Shown here piece by piece: positions 58,663-64,000 of a stretch of 64,000 nucleotides of DNA. The notes below the pieces were generated by a model. It saw only the letters and a list, made by a program, of their open reading frames with translations, was not told the origin of the DNA and made no database searches. The translations under genes were made by a program, and so were the position numbers. How positions within the stretch are numbered: position 1 is the first letter of the stretch; every line of letters begins with the position of its first letter. The stretch covers positions 74,415-138,414 of the forward strand of contig CAYPQZ010000006.1 of assembly GCA_964413015.1 (NCBI GenBank), written 5' to 3'. This DNA comes from an uncultured Candidatus Saccharibacteria bacterium. GTDB lineage: Bacteria; Patescibacteriota; Minisyncoccia; Portnoybacterales; UBA2143.

Positions 58663-59343
58663 CTAATTGTTAAGCTTTTCTTCGATGATTTTTTCAAAGC
58701 TGTCATACGTCAGAGCGCCAACAACTTTCTGTCCGTTAATTAAGAAAGTTGGCGTTCCCTCAACACCATCTTCATTGGATTTCAAAAACCATCCTCTGAC
58801 AACTTCTTCGTGCTCGCCTGAATCAAAACACTGATTAAATTTATCCTGATTTAGCTCCAAATCCCCAGCTGCTTTTTTTAACGAATCAACTACCATAGTT
58901 TCCGCTTCTTCAGCAGAGCTTGCTTGGTTTATTTGCTCAAGAATTTCGTTAATATGCTCAAAAAGATATTCATCAAATTCCCAAAAACCCTTTTGATCTC
59001 CGGCGCAAAGAACCGCTATGCCCAGAATTGAAGGAGAAACGATCCGATGAACAAACTTAACTTGCCCTTCTTTAACGTACTTATCAATAATCAAAGGTAG
59101 AGTTTCTGAATGGAATTTAGCGCAGTATCCACACAAATGACTGGAGTATTCAATAATATCTACTGGCGCGTCTTTGTCGCCTAAAATAAATTCGTCGGTT
59201 AATTCAACCGGAGAATCGCTGGTAGCGTCAGTAATTGAAGCTGTCTGGTTATCAACTGGTTGTTTTCCCCAATTGGCATACCAAACAATACCCGCTAAAA
59301 CTAAAATTGCTCCAAAACCTAAAATGTATGTTTTTTTATTCAT
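58663..59343 (-). CDS. DsbA-family thiol-disulfide oxidoreductase
   Basis: LG...APV.IIEYS...CGYC..F, GVEGTPTF.ING; start reset to 59343. Confidence 0.92.
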   Translation of the reverse strand: MNKKTYILGFGAILVLAGIVWYANWGKQPVDNQTASITDATSDSPVELTDEFILGDKDAPVDIIEYSSHLCGYCAKFHSETLPLIIDKYVKEGQVKFVHRIVSPSILGIAVLCAGDQKGFWEFDEYLFEHINEILEQINQASSAEEAETMVVDSLKKAAGDLELNQDKFNQCFDSGEHEEVVRGWFLKSNEDGVEGTPTFLINGQKVVGALTYDSFEKIIEEKLNN

Positions 59344-59344
59344 G

Positions 59345-59477
59345 CCCCGTAGAAGAACTTTGACATTCACCTTAAATATCAAAATCTTAATTAATGTTTT
59401 TAATTTATTCTGTGTTTATACACCCCGTATGTCTATTTATTCGCCTTGGGCGAATGAGTCAAAGTTTCTCTACGGGG
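59345..59477 (-). mobile_element. Family B MITE-like element abutting the dsbA-like start codon
   Basis: CATG|CCCCGTAGAAGAACTTTGAC...GTCAAAGTTTCTCTACGGGG|CAGG; compensatory changes in both arms. Confidence 0.8.
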
Positions 59478-59502
59478 CAGGCACTTTAACCTAACATCTT
59501 TT

Positions 59503-60795
59503 TTAAAAAATAGCAAACTTTTTAGCTTGGTCTAAAACTTTATCCTGATTGACTCTTTCTATTTCCCTGTTTTCCATAAACACTCGGCCGTTAATAATCG
59601 CTGTTTCTACATCACTGCCTTTAGCTGAATAAACTAAATGAGAAATGACATTATGGCAAGGTGCCAAATGCGGATTTTTAAAATCAAGAACAATTAAATC
59701 AGCCTGTTTGCCCTTTTCTAAAGAGCCGATTTCTTTTTCTAAATTCAAGGCTCTGGCTCCATTAATGGTCGCCATATCTAAAACTGTTTGTGCATCAGCT
59801 ACTGTCGGATTTAACTGATTAACTTTGTGCAATAAGGCGGCGGTTTTCATTTCTTCAAACATATCCAAGCTATTATTGGAACAGGCGCTATCGGTGCCTA
59901 AGCTGATATTGATTCCGGCCTTAAGCATTTCCGTCAAAGGCATAGTTCCGGAAGCCAGCTTCATATTGGAAATCGGACAATGAGCCACCGAGGCGCCGGA
60001 CTGGGCTAAAATTTTAATTTCCTTTTTATTCAGCCAGCAGCAATGGACTAATAAGGTTTTATCATCCAGAATTCCTGCCTTAAATAAAACTTCAATTGGC
60101 CGCTTTTTGTATTTTTTCAGACAATAATCCACTTCCCCTTTAGTTTCAGACAAATGAGTCATTAAAAGCAAATTGTTTCCTTTAGAGATTTCTTTGCACT
60201 GTTGATAAGTTTTTAAAGAGGTTGTCTGAAACATATGCGGCGCTAAAGCAACACTAAGAATATCCCCTTTAGTGGACCGGATCATTTTTTTAGCCTGTTC
60301 CAGCGCTTCCAAAGGGCTTTTGAAAGCAAAAGTCGGCAAATCAAGTGCCGCGCATCCCAAAATTCCCCGCATGCCAATTTCGCGAACTGCTTTAGCTACT
60401 TGATCCTCATAGTAATAAAAATCAGTGAAGCAAGTCGTTCCTGATTTAATCATTTCCAGTATAGCCAGTAAAGAACCTACATAAACATGATGGGGCGTAA
60501 ATTGTGATTCAGCCGGATAAATATGCTTAAGCCACCATTTTTCCAAAGATAAGTCGTCAGCATATCCCCTCAATAAAGTCATTGCCAGATGGCCATGGGT
60601 ATTAATCAGACCAGGCATAACTATTTTCCCTTGACCATCAATTACTTTTTTGGCCTGTCTGGCATATTTTTTTTCTATGGTTTTACTCTGGCCAATATCT
60701 TTAATTTTATCGCGCTCAATAAAAAGCCCAGCATTTTCAACAATCCGCCGTTTATTATCTTGAGTAACTAAAGTGGCATTTTTAATCAAAATCAT
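59503..60795 (-). CDS. Amidohydrolase, MTA/SAH deaminase (MtaD)-like
   Basis: PGLINTHGH, HLSET..E, HCP.SNMKLASG, GTDS..SNN. Confidence 0.85.
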   Translation of the reverse strand: MILIKNATLVTQDNKRRIVENAGLFIERDKIKDIGQSKTIEKKYARQAKKVIDGQGKIVMPGLINTHGHLAMTLLRGYADDLSLEKWWLKHIYPAESQFTPHHVYVGSLLAILEMIKSGTTCFTDFYYYEDQVAKAVREIGMRGILGCAALDLPTFAFKSPLEALEQAKKMIRSTKGDILSVALAPHMFQTTSLKTYQQCKEISKGNNLLLMTHLSETKGEVDYCLKKYKKRPIEVLFKAGILDDKTLLVHCCWLNKKEIKILAQSGASVAHCPISNMKLASGTMPLTEMLKAGINISLGTDSACSNNSLDMFEEMKTAALLHKVNQLNPTVADAQTVLDMATINGARALNLEKEIGSLEKGKQADLIVLDFKNPHLAPCHNVISHLVYSAKGSDVETAIINGRVFMENREIERVNQDKVLDQAKKFAIF

Positions 60796-61409
60796 ATTTT
60801 ACAAATTGGTCTAAAACTTTTGCGATGGATTTCTGAAGGACCGAATTTTTTTAATTTTTCAAAATGAAGCTTGGTCCCATATCCTTTATGTTCCATAAAT
60901 CCATACTGGGGATATTTCTTATTCAGCCGGCACATTAACTTGTCTCGGCTTACTTTAGCAATTATAGAAGCCAGAGAAACAGTCATAATTTTTTCATCGC
61001 CTTTAACTATTGACTGCTGTTCAATATTTAGATTACTTAAAGTTCTGTTGCCATCTAAAAAAAGAAAATCCGGAGAGCAATTTAGCTTTTTAATACAGCG
61101 CCGCCAGGTTAATTCGGTCGCTTTCAAAATATTAATCCGGTCAATTGTTTTTGGCCAAACAAAGCTGACTTTCCATTTAATACCCGATTCCTGTTTAATT
61201 GCCTCAAATATTTCTTCTCTCTGTTTTTCAGAAAGCTGTTTGGAATCTTTAATTTTTAATCCCCTAAAACTAGGCAAATCATCTTTATCAATTAAAACAG
61301 CCGCCCCGGCTACCGGACCGGCTAAAGGCCCCCTCCCGGCTTCGTCAACTCCGGCAATTAACCGGTAGCCCTGCTTGAAAAGAGATTTTTCTTGAAATGA
61401 AAAAGCCAC
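60792..61409 (-). CDS. rnhB: Ribonuclease HII
   Basis: GVDEAGRGPLAGPV, DSK.L, ASIIAKV.RD, HKGYGT, HRKSF. Confidence 0.97.
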   Translation of the reverse strand: MAFSFQEKSLFKQGYRLIAGVDEAGRGPLAGPVAGAAVLIDKDDLPSFRGLKIKDSKQLSEKQREEIFEAIKQESGIKWKVSFVWPKTIDRINILKATELTWRRCIKKLNCSPDFLFLDGNRTLSNLNIEQQSIVKGDEKIMTVSLASIIAKVSRDKLMCRLNKKYPQYGFMEHKGYGTKLHFEKLKKFGPSEIHRKSFRPICKI

Positions 61410-61437
61410 AAAATTAAGATGATTAAAGGATAGCCAA

Positions 61438-61664
61438 TTAAAGGACAGTCCTTAAAATGATGTCCCTTGGGATAAGGACTATGATAAGGACAGTCCTTAA
61501 AATGATGTCCCTTGAGCACAAGGGCGTCATTTTAAAGACTGTTCTTATCAGTTTCCCTTTATCAAAATTTAAGGAGTCGTCCTTTCCCTCCAGAGACGGG
61601 CAGGCGGACACGCCCTTTGCCTTCTGTAAAGGGCGTGATCCTCAATGACAATCCTTAAATTTTT
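61438..61664 (+). repeat. Family A element, longest copy with duplicated left module
   Basis: Two tandem AAGGACAGTCCTTAAAATGATGTCCCTTG, then ...CAGGCGGACACGCCC...CTCAATGACAATCCTTAAATTTTT. Confidence 0.93.
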
Positions 61665-61692
61665 CGTCTTCAAGCAAAAGGCCTATACATTT

Positions 61693-62652
61693 CTACTTAA
61701 CTAAATTAGGCGGGGTTTGGCTTTCTAAAGCTGCAATAACATTATTGGCAGCCATTTCAGCCATTTTGTCTCTAGTCCCTAAAGTTGCTGAAGCTATATG
61801 AGGCGTTAAAACAACATTTTCTAAATCGGTTAAACCAGGCGCCAATTCCGGCTCATTCTCAAAAACATCTAAAGCCGCTCCGGCAATTTTCTTTTCTTTT
61901 AATACTTCTACCAAAGCCACTTCATCAATAATTGGACCACGGGAAGTATTGATTAAATAGGCGCTCGGTTTCATTAGAGCTAACTTTTCCGCGCTGATTA
62001 AATGGCGAGTTTCGTCTGTCAAAGCGGTATGCAAACTCACAAAATCTGATTCTTTTAATAAATCGTCTAATTCCCGGTATTTCATGCCAAATTTTTCTTC
62101 TAATTCCTGATTGCGTTTAAGGTCGTAATAAATAATTTTAACATTGAAACCATTCTGCATCCGTTGAGCCACCGCTGAACCAATTCTCCCTAATCCAATA
62201 ATTCCCAGCGTTTTCCCTTGAATATCAGCTCCTAAAAGCATTTTAGGACCCCAAGCTTTATATTTGCCAGCCCTGACAAACTGATCTGCTTCAACGATTC
62301 TTTCGGCAATAGAAAAAAGAAAAGCAATTGTATGTTCAGCCACCGCTTCAGTTAAAACGCCCGGCGTATTAGTTACCAGAATCTCTCTCTTTTTAGCTTC
62401 AGCCACATCAATATTGTTATAACCAACCGCGTAATTGGCAATAATTTTTAACTGTTCCCCAGCCGCTTCCATAACTTCTCCATCTATCTTTTCAGTTAAA
62501 ACCGACAAAATCGCCTCAACTCCTTTAACTTTTTCCAATAATTCTTCTCTGGAGATTTCCCCTTCCGGGCCAACTTCAACTTCCCAGTTTTTATCTTTTA
62601 ACATTTTGATTCCTTTTTCAGGAATTTGACGAGTAATAAATACTTTTGGCAT
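61693..62652 (-). CDS. D-2-hydroxyacid dehydrogenase (glyoxylate reductase / D-glycerate dehydrogenase)
   Basis: AVGYNNID, NTPGVL, GLGRIG, NTSRG, LDVFE.EP, TPHIAS. Confidence 0.92.
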   Translation of the reverse strand: MPKVFITRQIPEKGIKMLKDKNWEVEVGPEGEISREELLEKVKGVEAILSVLTEKIDGEVMEAAGEQLKIIANYAVGYNNIDVAEAKKREILVTNTPGVLTEAVAEHTIAFLFSIAERIVEADQFVRAGKYKAWGPKMLLGADIQGKTLGIIGLGRIGSAVAQRMQNGFNVKIIYYDLKRNQELEEKFGMKYRELDDLLKESDFVSLHTALTDETRHLISAEKLALMKPSAYLINTSRGPIIDEVALVEVLKEKKIAGAALDVFENEPELAPGLTDLENVVLTPHIASATLGTRDKMAEMAANNVIAALESQTPPNLVK

Positions 62653-62677
62653 AAATCTCCTTTCTTTTAATTATTAA

Positions 62678-64000
62678 TTATTTTTTGCTTCTTATAGGCA
62701 GTTTAAAATAGAAAGCACTGCCTTTGTTTTTACCTTCGGACTCAACCCAAATTTTCCCTTTATGCGCGTCAATTAGTTTGGCGGCTAAATACAGACCCAA
62801 GCCAACGCCTTCAGTATTCATCTTGCCGACTTCTTTGCCACGGGAAAACCTTTCAAAAAGAGTAACTTTTTCTTCTTCAGAAACGCCAATTCCCGTATCT
62901 TGAACACTGAAAACAAGTTTGCCTTTTTTCTCCTTAACTCTGACAGTTATTCCTCCTTTTTTAGTATAATGAATCGCGTTATCAATCAAATTCTGGATTA
63001 TCTGCCTGATTTTCAATGAATCAACCTTAACTTTAGGCAACGACTTTTTAGGTTTTAAATATTTTAGATAGAGTCCTTTCTTGTCGGCCAGTTGACTGAA
63101 TTCCTTAACCACGCTTTCGGCTAAATCGCCTAAATCCAACTTTTTCAAATCAAATTCCAAACGGCCTGATTCAATTCGGGAAACAGTCAGCAAATCCTCA
63201 ACTAATTTAATCAGCCGTTCATTACTTAGATATATTTTTTCTAATTGCTTTTCCTGTTCCTGATTAACTTTTCCCCAATCGCCTTCGAGCATCATGGAAA
63301 CATATCCCTTAATAATGCTTAAGGGAGTCCTTAATTGGTGAGAAGCTAGGGAAATAAATTCTGATTTGGCTTTGTCTAACTGTTCTAAGCGAATATTTGC
63401 TTCTCTTAAGTTTTTGGTCTGGCGATCAACTTCTTTTTGAAGCGTTTTGGAAAAATCCTTCATTTCTTCATAAAGCCGGGCGTTTTCCACCGCAATCGCC
63501 GCCTGAGCAGCGATTGTTTCCAAAACTTTGATATCTTCATTGGTAAACATGTCCCCTGATTTCTTGGGCTGCAAAAGAAACAAACCAACCAATCTTTCTT
63601 TAAGCAATAAAGGAATGGCTAAAGCTGTTTCCAGCTTTTCCATTTCTTTGATTAAAGAAACGCCTTGGACAATTCTATTTTCTTCGGCTTTTCTTCTTTT
63701 CAATTCTTCTAAGACCAAGGATTCCTTATTAATTCTGAAATATCCGATTAACTTTGATAAGGGGTTTTTCTCTGACTCTATTTTCAAATCGCCTTTATTT
63801 AAAGAAACTCCTTTAATCGCTTTCTGGGCTTTTTGCAAGGTTTTAACCTGCCGCAAGGGCTCGTCTAAAACGATGACTTCCATTTTACTGACTCTTAAGG
63901 ACTGGACAATTCGCTTTTTCAAGAAATCAATAACCTTGTTTAAATCAAGGGTCTGCGACAGGAAATCAGAAACATCGGCTACTAATTCCTGGGGACGGTA
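62678..64000 (-). CDS. GAF-domain sensor histidine kinase (5'-partial)
   Basis: GAF region (AIPL...LVG), H box ASHQLRTP, NLIDNAIHY, DTGIG, GVGLGL; frame open to the window end. Confidence 0.93.
   Translation of the reverse strand, partial: YRPQELVADVSDFLSQTLDLNKVIDFLKKRIVQSLRVSKMEVIVLDEPLRQVKTLQKAQKAIKGVSLNKGDLKIESEKNPLSKLIGYFRINKESLVLEELKRRKAEENRIVQGVSLIKEMEKLETALAIPLLLKERLVGLFLLQPKKSGDMFTNEDIKVLETIAAQAAIAVENARLYEEMKDFSKTLQKEVDRQTKNLREANIRLEQLDKAKSEFISLASHQLRTPLSIIKGYVSMMLEGDWGKVNQEQEKQLEKIYLSNERLIKLVEDLLTVSRIESGRLEFDLKKLDLGDLAESVVKEFSQLADKKGLYLKYLKPKKSLPKVKVDSLKIRQIIQNLIDNAIHYTKKGGITVRVKEKKGKLVFSVQDTGIGVSEEEKVTLFERFSRGKEVGKMNTEGVGLGLYLAAKLIDAHKGKIWVESEGKNKGSAFYFKLPIRSKK

Overview
A low-GC bacterial chromosome segment made almost entirely of core genes. 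Gene content and style suggest a CPR/Patescibacteria (Parcubacteria-like) organism (inference); TGA is used as a stop. Bases 1-17.6 kb are mostly + strand: dnaJ, tRNA-Lys, aspS, dacA-mraY-murD-ftsW-murG-gltX, a coiled-coil C39-like peptidase, a CofE-like ligase, a Xer recombinase with a PD-(D/E)XK nuclease, and rpmA. The rest is mostly - strand: rplI, ctpA, a glycosyltransferase/LCP/O-antigen-ligase cluster, rpoD-dnaG, tRNA-Ser, htpX-lemA, groESL, engB, mpg, rplY, a gap-rpiB-rpe-tkt-pfkB-unknown-fba-ferredoxin operon, a redox cluster, rnhB and a histidine kinase. A + strand island carries secG, an OppA-like protein, a cupin PGI, tRNA-Leu and rnj. No CRISPR array, rRNA, transposase or prophage is seen. 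The most striking content is non-coding. (1) A MITE-like family (termini CCCCGTAGAGAAATTTTGAA...TTCAAAATTCTTCTACGGGG, 6 copies) whose target duplications regenerate ATGA stop/start overlaps and a tRNA 5' end. (2) About 16 copies or fragments of a modular palindromic element built on AAGGAC(A/T)GTCCTT. (3) A dif-like site between the promoter and start codon of the xer gene, near the gene-orientation switch, a candidate replication terminus. (4) Several apparently leaderless transcripts. (5) A candidate structured small RNA at about 37.15-37.31 kb.
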